Shown here: piece by piece, positions 7,872 through 17,746 of the stretch | Layout of the letters: every line of letters starts with the position of its first letter | How positions within the stretch are numbered: the stretch's first letter is position 1 | From: Polyangiaceae bacterium | GTDB taxonomy: Bacteria; Myxococcota_A; Polyangia; Polyangiales; Polyangiaceae | Assembly: GCA_033763455.1 (NCBI GenBank) | Contig: JANRKO010000023.1 | Span: 96,001 to 160,000 of the forward strand | Direction of reading: 5' to 3' | Length of the DNA: 64,000 bases | Program-made: the position numbers and the translations under genes | Notes under the pieces: model-generated | Seen by the model: the letters and a program-made list of their open reading frames with translations, nothing else | Told to the model about the DNA's origin: nothing | Database searches by the model: none

Positions 7872-9929
7872 GTGTCCACCGACCTCGCGTCCACTATGCC
7901 ACCGCCCGCCTCTCCCGAGCGCCCGGGGCGATCGCGCGTTCTGGTGGTGGATGATCAACCGGTGGTGCGAGAGCTCTTGATTGAACTCCTGGCAAACCCC
8001 GACCGCGTAGTGCTCGGCGCGGCAACAGTCAAAGAAGCCTTGCGCGTCGCCTCCGAAAACGCACCGATTCATGTTGCGTTGGTAGATCGCGATTTGCCCG
8101 ATGGCTCGGGGATTGACCTCGCTCGCAAGCTCCTAATATCAACTCCCAATCTGGAAATAATCTTAACCAGCGTTTCGCCGACCGTGCAATCAGCCATCGA
8201 AGCCGTGGAGGTTGGCGCTCACGACTACCTGACCAAGCCGTTCGAAGACATCGCCCAAGTGGAAGTCCGCGTCCGGCGCGCAGAGCAGCAGGCACACTTG
8301 GCCAGGGAGCGCCATGAGCTGCACGATGCATTACGCAAAAGCGAAGAGCGCTATCGCAAGCTGTTTGCTGCCTCACCTGACGCCATAGTCGTGTACGAGC
8401 CGGCCACGGGCATTATACGCGAAGTGAACGACGCCGCCGCGCGCCTCTATAAAACCAGCGCAACCGAGCTCGTAGGCCAAACTGTAGCAAAGCTGCGCCA
8501 CACCGATGTGTTGCCCGAAAGCTCACCGGATTCTCACAGAAGTGCCGAACGGGAAGGCATCACCGCTCGGGTCGATCGCCGTATGGATGGAAGCCCGATT
8601 GAGGTTGAGGTTTCTGAAGGCAATTTTGGCGACGCACGCCAGGGCCTTACCATCGAGGTGATTCGCGATATCCGAGAACGCGTGCGAGCCGAGCAAAAGC
8701 GGAGGGAGCTCGAAGGTCAGCTGAGGCAAGCGCATAAGATGGAAGCGCTCGGGCTCTTAGCTGGCGGCATTGCGCACGACTTCAACAACCTACTAGCCGT
8801 CATCATCAACTACTCTTCCTTTGTGCGCGACCAATTGAGCCGGCGCGCGGATGCCGTTTCGCTCGAACGCGAGGTGGAAGACGTTGAACAAATCCTCCAA
8901 GCAGCGAACTCGGCAGCTTCTGTTACTCGACAACTCCTAGCTTTCAGTCGCAGAGAGGTGCACGCCCCGGAGGTTGTTGACATCAACTCCGTCATTCGCT
9001 CGCTTGAAAAATTGGTGCGTCATACGCTTGGTGAGCACGTGGATCTCATCACGGAGCTCGGTGATAATTTGCCGTATGTGAGGGTAGATCGCGCCCAGTT
9101 TGAGCAGGTTGTAATCAATCTTGCGGTGAACGCTCGGGACGCGATCGCGGAAACGGGATGGGTCATTCTGCGTAGCGAGTTTATTCCGAAGAACTCTGAT
9201 GAAGGTGGAGCAGGCGAAGGCAGGCTAGTGTTCAGCGTCACAGACAACGGCGCCGGAATTAATCCCTCCGATATGGATCACATCTTCGACCCGTTCTTCA
9301 CCACCAAAGCACCCGGCAGCGGCACGGGGCTCGGCCTTTCAACAGTAAAGGGCATCGTCGAACAAGCTGGTGGGCAAATCAGTGTGACGTCCGAAGTAGG
9401 CCGCCAAACGACGTTCTTCGTATCCTTGCCGCCCACCCAAGAATCCGCAACCCGACACGTTCAAGCAGTACCAAGCCGAAAGTCTGCCGGTGGGGAAACC
9501 ATCTTACTCGTTGACGATGACAGTGCGGTAAGAAGAGCCGCAGCCCGCATTCTGGGTGCAGCCGGCTACAAGATCCTTGAAGCTCAGTCTGGGGCCGAAG
9601 CCCTCGCTCTGCACGAGCGACTGGGTAACCGCGTGGACCTGCTGCTCACCGATGTGATGATGCCGCGCATGTCAGGTGATGAACTCGCGGAAATGTTGAT
9701 CGCACGCCAGCCAGATCTCCGGGTGATCTTTCTCACCGGATTTGCGAGCCAAGCTATTGCCGACCTCGCCAGTCGCAACGCGCACATGGAGCTGCAGTTG
9801 AAGCCCTTCCAGAACGACGGCTTACTCACGCTCGTGCGAGAGATGCTTGATCGCCATTTGCCACCGCGCGTCCCCTCGCTGCTTCCTCCCACGAACAAGC
9901 TTAGGACGAACCAGGGAGGGCAGGAATGA
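7872..9929 (+). CDS. Cytoplasmic hybrid histidine kinase REC-PAS-HisKA-HATPase-REC (CckA-like)
   Basis: VLVVDD/DRDLPD/KP receiver, PAS, H-box AHDFNN, NLAVNARDA, DNGAG, FFTTK, GTGLGL, and C-terminal receiver LTDVMMP. Confidence 0.93.
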   Translation: MSTDLASTMPPPASPERPGRSRVLVVDDQPVVRELLIELLANPDRVVLGAATVKEALRVASENAPIHVALVDRDLPDGSGIDLARKLLISTPNLEIILTSVSPTVQSAIEAVEVGAHDYLTKPFEDIAQVEVRVRRAEQQAHLARERHELHDALRKSEERYRKLFAASPDAIVVYEPATGIIREVNDAAARLYKTSATELVGQTVAKLRHTDVLPESSPDSHRSAEREGITARVDRRMDGSPIEVEVSEGNFGDARQGLTIEVIRDIRERVRAEQKRRELEGQLRQAHKMEALGLLAGGIAHDFNNLLAVIINYSSFVRDQLSRRADAVSLEREVEDVEQILQAANSAASVTRQLLAFSRREVHAPEVVDINSVIRSLEKLVRHTLGEHVDLITELGDNLPYVRVDRAQFEQVVINLAVNARDAIAETGWVILRSEFIPKNSDEGGAGEGRLVFSVTDNGAGINPSDMDHIFDPFFTTKAPGSGTGLGLSTVKGIVEQAGGQISVTSEVGRQTTFFVSLPPTQESATRHVQAVPSRKSAGGETILLVDDDSAVRRAAARILGAAGYKILEAQSGAEALALHERLGNRVDLLLTDVMMPRMSGDELAEMLIARQPDLRVIFLTGFASQAIADLASRNAHMELQLKPFQNDGLLTLVREMLDRHLPPRVPSLLPPTNKLRTNQGGQE

Positions 9930-11764
9930 CTCTAAAGCTCAAGCTGATCGTTATCATCTTATTCGTTGCCGTCGTTCCACTCACGGTGTCAGCCGTATCC
10001 TCGTTTGGGGTGCATCAGGTCGCGTTTGACGCCGAAGTCACCCAAAATCAGCAAAATACAGCAATTTTCTCGGCCGAGGCCGGTGACGAGTACCTAGAAC
10101 ATCGACGCTCAAGCTTTGAGATCTTAGCGAGCCAAAGCATCGATTGGCCGAGCTTATCCGCGCCTGAACGAGAAGCGGCCATGTGGATGGCGTATCGAAC
10201 CTCGGAAGACGTCGCAGCCGTCGTATTACTCGCAGCCGACACCACCCCCATCACACGTGCATTCGCGGACACGCCGAACCGCGCCGACGATACCGCCGGA
10301 CATCTTGCAGTCTCACCATCCAGCTTTTCAAGCATGCTCACGCAAGCACGCCAACTCGTATCAGACGGAAAGAACGAGAGGTTTGGCGCGCCGTTTCGAC
10401 TTCCCGGCTATCCGAATCCCTTCGTGTCGCTGCGGGTTCCCACTTCTACAAACGGGGAAACGTTGGTTGTTACGCTGTCCCTCACCCGCTTCTGCGAGAG
10501 GCTCGTCAAGGGTACCCGTCTTGAGCTCGTGCTGTTCGATCCCAAAGGGACCGTCATTTGCCGTTCCCCCTCGGCACAGGCACCCGACGTCCGGGGGCTC
10601 GCCGGGCTGTTCTCTGGCAACAGAACCTCTGGGCGTTATGTTGCAAACGGACAAGAGCTCCTGGCCGCAGGAGCGCTTTCGAGCCTCGGTTGGACCATGG
10701 TTGTCCAGCAACCCACCGCAACCGCTTTTGCGTCCAGCCGCAACATTCGCAACCAGACTTTGTTCTGGATCGCGACGAGCCTATTTATCGCCATTTGTGC
10801 AGGTTGGGTGTTAGCACGCGGCATCACCCGCCCCATGGGGCAGCTCCTCGAAGGCACCCAAGCCCTGGCGAAAGGCCAACTGCACCACCGCATCAAGATG
10901 CAGGAGAAAGATGAATTCGGCGCCCTCGCGGCGGCTTTTGACCAAATGAGCGAAGAGATCGCGCTCCGCGACGGCGAGATCCGAAAGTACAACGAAGAGC
11001 TTCAGGCCCGAGTGGAAGAGCGCACCTCCGACCTCGTTCGAGCCCATGAGCAACTGCTCCAGTCGCAGCGCGTTGCCGCTGTAGGCGCATTGGGTGCCGG
11101 GCTGGCCGAGGAGGTAAACAATGCACTCACCGGCGTGCTTGGTGTGTCCCAACTCCTCTTGATGCGCGCACGGCGCGACCCTAGTCGCGAAAAGGAAGTT
11201 GAATTACTCGAAAGCGCCGAAAAAGAGGCACTCCACATCCGCGACGTGGTCGCCAAGCTCCAACGGCTCACCAAGGGCCAGGGGCTCACCAACCTGAGCG
11301 ACGTAGCCCCCAATGATCTTCTGGATGCCACGCTGAGTTTGGTAAAGCGGGACCCTTCAACCTCGATGATCCGCTTCCTGCCGGAATATACGCGCGATTT
11401 GCCCAAAGTGCGCGGCAACTTCATGCAGCTTCAGCGTGGCGTGCTGCAAATCCTGATGAACGCTATCGAATCCTGCAGCGCAGATAGTGGGCGCGTCACA
11501 TTGCGGAGCCAACTCGGCGCCGACGGCAGCGTGGAACTTTCGATCTCCGACAACGGCCACGGCATCGACCCCAAGGATATGCAGCGGATCTTCGAGCCAT
11601 TTTTCACAACAGCGAAGGACCGCGAAGGCCGTGGGATGGGGCTGGCCATCGCCGCAAGAATCGTCGAAGATCACCGTGGGCGCATCTCGGTTGAGAGCGA
11701 ACCCGACGAAGGTACGACGGTGACAATCTCGTTTCCCCCAAGAGCCAGCGAGGCGGTAGCTTGA
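9926..11764 (+). CDS. Membrane sensor (Cache-like)-HAMP-HisKA-HATPase protein lacking the phosphoacceptor His (putative pseudokinase)
   Basis: Two TM segments, HAMP (ITRPM..DEFGALAAAFDQM), H-box reads GLAEEVNNAL, and DNGHG/FFTT/GMGL boxes intact. ATGA overlap with the upstream kinase. Confidence 0.88.
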   Translation: MTLKLKLIVIILFVAVVPLTVSAVSSFGVHQVAFDAEVTQNQQNTAIFSAEAGDEYLEHRRSSFEILASQSIDWPSLSAPEREAAMWMAYRTSEDVAAVVLLAADTTPITRAFADTPNRADDTAGHLAVSPSSFSSMLTQARQLVSDGKNERFGAPFRLPGYPNPFVSLRVPTSTNGETLVVTLSLTRFCERLVKGTRLELVLFDPKGTVICRSPSAQAPDVRGLAGLFSGNRTSGRYVANGQELLAAGALSSLGWTMVVQQPTATAFASSRNIRNQTLFWIATSLFIAICAGWVLARGITRPMGQLLEGTQALAKGQLHHRIKMQEKDEFGALAAAFDQMSEEIALRDGEIRKYNEELQARVEERTSDLVRAHEQLLQSQRVAAVGALGAGLAEEVNNALTGVLGVSQLLLMRARRDPSREKEVELLESAEKEALHIRDVVAKLQRLTKGQGLTNLSDVAPNDLLDATLSLVKRDPSTSMIRFLPEYTRDLPKVRGNFMQLQRGVLQILMNAIESCSADSGRVTLRSQLGADGSVELSISDNGHGIDPKDMQRIFEPFFTTAKDREGRGMGLAIAARIVEDHRGRISVESEPDEGTTVTISFPPRASEAVA

Positions 11765-12684
11765 AGACCCGCATCTTGCTTGCCATCGCGCTTACGCTGC
11801 TAACCCTTGGTGCGGCCTATGGGGTACAGCGCGTGCTTTTCAAATCCCCACCGGAATCCGCAGTGGCAGTGGGCTCCGCTCCGGACCCGAACACGAAAGC
11901 AAAAGCTAACACTTTGGGCCAAGCCACCGCTTTGGAAGTTTTGGGCCAAGTGCAGCGCAAAGATGCGCAAGGTCACTGGGTCGACATCCGCGTAGGAGAC
12001 CGCCTCGACATCGACACCGTTGTGAGAACAAGCAGAGGAGCCTCTGCCCGCCTCGCCGTCGGCGAAAACGTGGTGGTTGAAGTACCCGAAGAAGCGGAGC
12101 TCGCGGTTGCTGAGGTCTCCGAGGGTTTGTCTCGTGTTCGGCTCGATGACGGGCGCATTGCATCCTTCGTGAAGAGCAAAGAAGGCTTTCAGTTGCGGGT
12201 CGAATTCCAGGGCAGTGACGTCAAAGCCGAGACCTCAGGCGGCGCGTTTTACGCCATGAAGCAAGGCGCAGGCCCGATTTCGGTTGCTTCTAAGGAGGGC
12301 ACCACCCGGGTCTCGTCCCAGGCTGGCGCCGTTGCCGTGGGAGCTGGCGAGCAAACGGTAGTAGAGCCCGGCAAAGCTCCAAGCGTGCCGGTGAAGATCC
12401 CAACTTCACTTCTACTCAAATTGGGGCGGATCCCCTCACAATTGCGTACCCGAGAGACGACCATTCAGGGGTCGACCAGCCCTGGTGCAATTGTGAGCCT
12501 GAATGGAGAGCGTACAACCGCCAACGCCGATGGTCAGTTCGAGCAGCATGTTGCGCTTCAAGAAGGGGAAAACGCGCTGACCGTGGAAGTCGTAGACGCT
12601 GTTGGCAGGAAGCAGAAGCAAGATCTGCCCAAAATCCGGGTCGACTCACGTCCACCCAACGTTGTCGGAAAGGTTAAATGGTAA
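11761..12684 (+). CDS. FecR-domain protein with C-terminal Ig-like domain
   Basis: N-terminal TM, FecR pattern (VGDRL...VRT..GASARL..RVRLDDGRI...EGTTRV...GEQ), and Ig-like tail (TIQGST.PGA.VSLNG...ADGQF...LQEGEN.L...D.VGR). Confidence 0.8.
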   Translation: MKTRILLAIALTLLTLGAAYGVQRVLFKSPPESAVAVGSAPDPNTKAKANTLGQATALEVLGQVQRKDAQGHWVDIRVGDRLDIDTVVRTSRGASARLAVGENVVVEVPEEAELAVAEVSEGLSRVRLDDGRIASFVKSKEGFQLRVEFQGSDVKAETSGGAFYAMKQGAGPISVASKEGTTRVSSQAGAVAVGAGEQTVVEPGKAPSVPVKIPTSLLLKLGRIPSQLRTRETTIQGSTSPGAIVSLNGERTTANADGQFEQHVALQEGENALTVEVVDAVGRKQKQDLPKIRVDSRPPNVVGKVKW

Positions 12685-14741
12685 CCTGCGCGCGACGTGC
12701 CCAGCGTTTGCGCGATCCCCACCTTGGCGCACGGCGCTGCTATATCCACGACCGAGGCAAAGTCCCCGATACGCGCGCCGCCGTGCAGTACTATCGACTA
12801 TTCGTAGTCTTTCTGTTCCTCACGGCGTCCTTGGCTGGGCTTAGGCCGGCCCGCGCTGATTCCTTTGACGTAGATGCCTCCGCTCCAATAGTTGGCGATG
12901 GGGCGACGGAGGTGCGGCTCCCGATCAAAAGTGCCCAGGGTGCCAGCATCCCGGCGTCCCAGGTGCGGGCAACCGTGAGCGCCGGCAGCATCCATGTCGT
13001 GGCGAATCCCAAGGGAACGGCCGAATTAGTTTTCCTACCTCCCGCTGTCGTGGAGAAATGGACGGCAACCTTGGATGTCACTGTCGTTGGCTTCAAGCCG
13101 TCGTTGCGCACAGCGCGTATTCGCCTTGTGCCGCCCCGACACCCGCTTCTCTACACGACGACAAGGAGCAATGAGGGGCCGGACAGCATTGAACTCAAGG
13201 TGCCGAAATCATTCATCTTGGGCGAGCATGGATCCGCGCAAATTACAGTTCGAGGTTTTGAGGAACAGCCTCTTTTGTCAGTAAATACGGGGCGCGTGTC
13301 TGAATTGCGCCCGAAGGGAAAAGGCACCTGGACAGCAACGTTCTCCCCCCCCGAAGGCGGCTTTCCACAGCGAGTGCTTGTAGTCGTGGGCTCTGAAGAA
13401 GGAAGCCAAGTACATTTTACCCATTTCGATTTGTTGGGGCGACCAACCATAGAAACGCAAAGCGAACCTGGTGCCACCGTGCAGGTTCAGGTGGGAGGGC
13501 AGACCTTTGGTCCCATGCGCGCTGATTCACGCGGGAAGCTGCGCATGATGGTGTTGGCCCCGCCGGGGGTGGTCCATGCGGACGTCACGGCCACCGATCC
13601 TTTAGGCAACGCGCGCGCAATGAATGTGCCGCTCGGAGCCCCCGACTTCAATCGGGTTCAGGTCTTCTGCCCCGAACACTCCGGAAGGTTCCTCGTGCTT
13701 GGCACGGCCCCGGATGGCACGCTGCTCCAGACCTTTGACGGCAAGATAACGGCAAGTACTGGCAGCCTTACAGACCTTATCCCCGTAATACCAGGGCTTT
13801 TTGAATCCGAACTCAGCGTACCAGAGAGCACGAATCCAGAAACGAAAATTCAACTCCAAGCGAGCCTCACGGGCAGCCCAGCATCCGTGGCAAGCTGCCT
13901 AACTCCGGTTCCGGGGGAGTCACCCGTAGCCGCTCGGCTGACGCCAGACCGCGGCGAGTATCACCTTGATGAGGGCGAGGTGACGCTAGAACTGAAGCTC
14001 ACCTATCCGGGGGAGCTCGAGCCACGCCCCGTAGCACCCCGTATCACGGCGGACCACGGCAAGGTCTCCGACATCATTCGAGTTGACGCTTCCACATTCA
14101 CCGCTCGTTGGACTCCTCCACCGCGCATGGAAGGCGTTGAGGTGGTGCGATTCACGGCCCAGGTTGGCCGCACTTCCGTCCTTTCCGCAAACGCGGAGCT
14201 TCCTGTACTCGATTCAGGGCCACAAGCGAGCGCACCTCTCGGCACCACAATCAAAGCCATAGCACACGCGGGGTATCTCACGAATCAAGAAAGGGTGTCT
14301 TCACCTTACCTTGCCGTTGGGGCGAGCGTGAGTCTGCCTTTCCTTTCGCATCGGGTGGCCGCCGGACTTGAATCTGGCTGGTTCTTGGACGACCGGAAAG
14401 CACGCGCAGACACCGGCGAATTTGTGGACTTGCAGGTGCTCGGGTTTCCAGTGAGCGCTCGCCTCACGTTCGAAGAGAGATTTGATCGACTTGTGCCATA
14501 CGGGGGTATCGGTTTTGGCGTGTTGCTCACCCGTCTGCAATCAAGATCCCCCTCAACCGGTCTAAGTGGTCGCTCGCAAATAGTTCCCCTAGGCCGGGTG
14601 CTCGTTGGTGCGCTGTACGATCTTCCGGTGGGTCAGGCAGGCATTGAGGGCGGTTACATCCATTGCTGGCTGAGGGAGCTTGGGTTCGTTGGCGAAGTGT
14701 GTGGCGTAAACATAACGGCCACCTACCATTACTCGTTTTAG
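12678..14741 (+). CDS. Secreted multi-Ig-like-domain protein with C-terminal outer-membrane beta-barrel
   Basis: Signal peptide after GTG 12783 (likely true start), repeated beta-rich units (TWTATFSPP, TFTARWTPP), amphipathic strands (LVPYGGIGFG) and C-terminal YHYSF. Confidence 0.7.
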   Translation: MVTCARRAQRLRDPHLGARRCYIHDRGKVPDTRAAVQYYRLFVVFLFLTASLAGLRPARADSFDVDASAPIVGDGATEVRLPIKSAQGASIPASQVRATVSAGSIHVVANPKGTAELVFLPPAVVEKWTATLDVTVVGFKPSLRTARIRLVPPRHPLLYTTTRSNEGPDSIELKVPKSFILGEHGSAQITVRGFEEQPLLSVNTGRVSELRPKGKGTWTATFSPPEGGFPQRVLVVVGSEEGSQVHFTHFDLLGRPTIETQSEPGATVQVQVGGQTFGPMRADSRGKLRMMVLAPPGVVHADVTATDPLGNARAMNVPLGAPDFNRVQVFCPEHSGRFLVLGTAPDGTLLQTFDGKITASTGSLTDLIPVIPGLFESELSVPESTNPETKIQLQASLTGSPASVASCLTPVPGESPVAARLTPDRGEYHLDEGEVTLELKLTYPGELEPRPVAPRITADHGKVSDIIRVDASTFTARWTPPPRMEGVEVVRFTAQVGRTSVLSANAELPVLDSGPQASAPLGTTIKAIAHAGYLTNQERVSSPYLAVGASVSLPFLSHRVAAGLESGWFLDDRKARADTGEFVDLQVLGFPVSARLTFEERFDRLVPYGGIGFGVLLTRLQSRSPSTGLSGRSQIVPLGRVLVGALYDLPVGQAGIEGGYIHCWLRELGFVGEVCGVNITATYHYSF

Positions 14742-14761
14742 TGCCCGCGCTCGCGCATCGG

Positions 14762-15622
14762 TCAATGGAAGGTAAAATTGCCGCTCAATGTCGGCAGCAG
14801 GAAACGAAGCGAATAGCGCTCATCCACCGTGTCTCGCGTCACGCTGGCGTACGTGAGGCGAAAAGCTACCCCCAGGCTGCCCTGCTCCCCTACCCAGCCT
14901 TCCCAGCCGCCACCTGCACCCAACGCTAGGCCTCCAGCATCAGAGGTTCGATCACTTTTGTCCGAGAGACTACCTGTAGCGAGGCCTGCAAACGCCTGCA
15001 CGAACCACGGTCCTTCGGCGTCTAAATAGTAGTTTACAAAAAGCGGCACCACTCCAAGATTCACGGAGTGCGATGCCCTCTTATTGATCCCCCAAAACAT
15101 GAAGCCCGAGCCCACAACAAATCCTGGCGTGGGAGTGCCACCCAGCAGAAGTTCACCCGTAGAAGCAAGCCCCTTGATCGTTCCCGAGCCAAACTCCGAG
15201 AGCAGAGAACCTGGAGGGACCAAGGTTGGGCGGAGCGTTGCGCGCCCGGGCCCGAACCCAAGCGACACGCGCGCAAAGAAGCCGTCGTGACGGTATATTG
15301 AAAGATCCTCCCGCACCTTTTCGGCGGGAGGCTGGGCACCCAAGGTGGGCATGCCTTGAATTGGCGGGATGTAAACGTATGGGGCAGGCGCGGCAGGTTG
15401 TCCCGCAGATGGCACTCCAGTTGCCGGAGGAGGCACCGCACTTGCTGCGGGTGGCACCGCACTTGCTGCGGGTGGCACCGCACTTGCTGCGGGTGGCACC
15501 GCACTCGGCACGGCCCCTTCGGCAGGCACAGTTTCCCCCGGCGGCGGAGCCGATGGGGCTGGCTGGGCCAGGGCTGAAAGCGGAAACAGACCAACAAGGG
15601 CCAGGGCACACGTGCACCGCAT
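14762..15622 (-). CDS. Outer-membrane beta-barrel protein with Pro/Ala-rich N-terminal linker
   Basis: Signal peptide (ALA|QP), PPAASAV repeats, HDGFFARVSLGFG barrel start and aromatic C-terminus FTFH. Confidence 0.75.
   Translation of the reverse strand: MRCTCALALVGLFPLSALAQPAPSAPPPGETVPAEGAVPSAVPPAASAVPPAASAVPPAASAVPPPATGVPSAGQPAAPAPYVYIPPIQGMPTLGAQPPAEKVREDLSIYRHDGFFARVSLGFGPGRATLRPTLVPPGSLLSEFGSGTIKGLASTGELLLGGTPTPGFVVGSGFMFWGINKRASHSVNLGVVPLFVNYYLDAEGPWFVQAFAGLATGSLSDKSDRTSDAGGLALGAGGGWEGWVGEQGSLGVAFRLTYASVTRDTVDERYSLRFLLPTLSGNFTFH
15432..15505. repeat. Perfect 21-bp coding tandem repeat, 3.5 copies
   Basis: Unit ggcaccgcacttgctgcgggt at 15432, 15453, 15474 plus a partial copy. Encodes SAVPPAA on the minus strand. 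Confidence 0.95.
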
Positions 15623-15680
15623 GCTCTTTCGTAGACCTGCCGGGCGCCCTTGTCTAGGGTTCAGCCGGAGTCTTTATCGC

Positions 15681-16571
15681 ATGGTCTCGGAAATTTTCGA
15701 TAGCTCTCGCTATCGGAGCGTGGACGAATTCAACTTCACCGATATCACCTACCACAGGGCGCTTGAGCACGGCACCGTGCGCATTTCCATCAATCGACCC
15801 GACGTGCGCAACGCATTTCGCCCGCGCACCGTGGACGAGCTGTATCAAGCCCTCGATCACGCCCGGCAATGGAGTGATGTGGGATGTGTGCTGTTAACAG
15901 GAAACGGCCCATCACCTAAAGATGGTGGGTGGGCATTCTGCGCCGGCGGCGATCAGCGCATCCGAGGCAAGAGTGGTTACCAATATGAAGAGGGCGGCCA
16001 AGCGGATCCGGCTCGGCTCGGGCGGCTCCACATCCTAGAAGTCCAGCGGCTAATCCGCTTCATGCCAAAGGTAGTTATCTGCGTCGTGCCGGGCTGGGCT
16101 GTCGGTGGCGGCCACAGCTTGCATGTGGTGTGCGATCTTACGCTTGCCAGTTCGGAGCACGCCCGCTTTAAACAAACCGACGCCGATGTCGCGAGTTTCG
16201 ACGGTGGGTTCGGATCCGCATATTTGGCCCGCCAGGTCGGGCAAAAGCGCGCTCGTGAGATCTTTTTTCTGGGGCGTACGTATTCGGCGCAAGAGGCGTT
16301 CGAAATGGGGATGGTCAACGCTGTGGTTCCTCACGCCGACCTCGAGGAAACGGCGCTCAACTGGGCTCGCGAGATCAACGCCAAAAGTCCAACAGCCCAG
16401 CGCATGCTTAAATACGCGTTCAACCTCATCGATGACGGCCTCGTTGGCCAGCAACTCTTCGCCGGCGAAGCCACGCGCCTTGCTTATGGCACCGAGGAAG
16501 CCGCAGAAGGCCGTGACGCATTTCTTGAAAAACGTGAAAAGGACTTCGGCCGATTCCCTTGGTACTACTGA
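15681..16571 (+). CDS. menB: 1,4-dihydroxy-2-naphthoyl-CoA synthase
   Basis: NRPDVRNAFRP, FCAGGDQ, GGGHSLHVVCDLT, SFDGGFGS, GQKRAREI, EGRDAFLEKR. Confidence 0.96.
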   Translation: MVSEIFDSSRYRSVDEFNFTDITYHRALEHGTVRISINRPDVRNAFRPRTVDELYQALDHARQWSDVGCVLLTGNGPSPKDGGWAFCAGGDQRIRGKSGYQYEEGGQADPARLGRLHILEVQRLIRFMPKVVICVVPGWAVGGGHSLHVVCDLTLASSEHARFKQTDADVASFDGGFGSAYLARQVGQKRAREIFFLGRTYSAQEAFEMGMVNAVVPHADLEETALNWAREINAKSPTAQRMLKYAFNLIDDGLVGQQLFAGEATRLAYGTEEAAEGRDAFLEKREKDFGRFPWYY

Positions 16572-16768
16572 AGATTCGGTTTTGAGTTTTGGGTAGAAAG
16601 AGGCCAAAAGGTGCGGCGGGGGCGAAGTACCTTGCCCAGAACGCACCGACGACAACACACCCACACCTACAGCACCGCAACAAGCAGATCGACCCGAATT
16701 TCCACCATTTCTTGGCCGGTCCATGCTGCATGGCGGACAAGCAGCACCCAGCTCGCTATGATAAATCA

Positions 16769-17746
16769 GTGTTGTCCTTGCTTGAAAAACGCTCGTTCGC
16801 GCTCCTCGGCTTCGGCCTCGGCTCAGCCGCAAGCGCATGCTCGTTGCTCGCGCCAACCGACTCAGAGCTGATGGGCGGACGGACGGCAATTGCAGTCGTA
16901 GCCAACGGTGGTGCGGGAACGGGCGGCGCCGAAATGACCGGTGCGGGCACAGGTGGCACGGAGATCGGCGGTACGGCAAGCGGTGGCATGAGTGGTGTGG
17001 GTACAGGTGGCACGGCCGAGGAGCCTGACCCGGATCCCGCCCCTAAAAGCCCAGCTCTCGAATATCTATCACTGTGGTTGAGAGCGGACGAAGGGCTCAG
17101 CACAACCTCCGTTAGGGTAAGCTCATGGGGTTCTCCAATGACCGACGCGTCCCCCGCTTACGCCTTGACGCCGGAAACGGTCGAGCGCGCGCCGAGCCTC
17201 GGCCCGATCATGCTCGGCGGGTATGCCCTGCCAACATTCGACGGCATGGATGATGGACTCCAAAACGCTGCTAGCCACGATTTTACCAGTTCGAACGGCT
17301 ACGCGTTCTTTGTCGTCCTCGTACCCAACAGCGGAGACGCAGACGGGGAGCTCCTTTCCATTGGCGGGCCGCTCGGAGTACGGCTGGGCCTCTGGAAGCT
17401 TGGTCAAGCACTCGGTTTCGGCACCACAGATGCTGACAGCCCAAGGCTTGTTACCGAAGGCGTCTTCACAGGGGACGACCCCATCATGATCGGCGTCGTC
17501 AGCTCCCGCCCCCCCGACGGCGAATTGATGGTTTCGACGTACGTCAATGGCACGGCCCGCGTGAGCGGTGCAAGCCCCGCTTGGGATCCGGAGCGTGAGC
17601 TATCCTTCACTCTCGGTTCATTTGAAGGAGATGCGGGGCTCGGCGGCGGCGTCGCCGAAGTCCTGATCTACAACGACACCATGGACGACGCCGCACGTTT
17701 TGGGACTGAAGCGTATTTGCGAGCGAAGTGGGGTTGCTGCAAATGA
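16769..17746 (+). CDS. Lipoprotein with Gly/Thr linker and LamG/ConA-like beta-sandwich domain
   Basis: Lipobox ASAC, GTGG repeats, LSLWLRAD, FDGMDD, YVNG, AEVLIYN...EAYLRAKW. Start GTG 16769 inferred. Confidence 0.75.
   Translation: MLSLLEKRSFALLGFGLGSAASACSLLAPTDSELMGGRTAIAVVANGGAGTGGAEMTGAGTGGTEIGGTASGGMSGVGTGGTAEEPDPDPAPKSPALEYLSLWLRADEGLSTTSVRVSSWGSPMTDASPAYALTPETVERAPSLGPIMLGGYALPTFDGMDDGLQNAASHDFTSSNGYAFFVVLVPNSGDADGELLSIGGPLGVRLGLWKLGQALGFGTTDADSPRLVTEGVFTGDDPIMIGVVSSRPPDGELMVSTYVNGTARVSGASPAWDPERELSFTLGSFEGDAGLGGGVAEVLIYNDTMDDAARFGTEAYLRAKWGCCK

Noticed and set aside
15061..15657. Alternative-frame ORFs with RCHPQQV / GATRSKC / GWHRTCC repeats
   Set aside because: Other-frame readings of the 21-bp VNTR. 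The repeat has no spacers, so it is not a CRISPR array.
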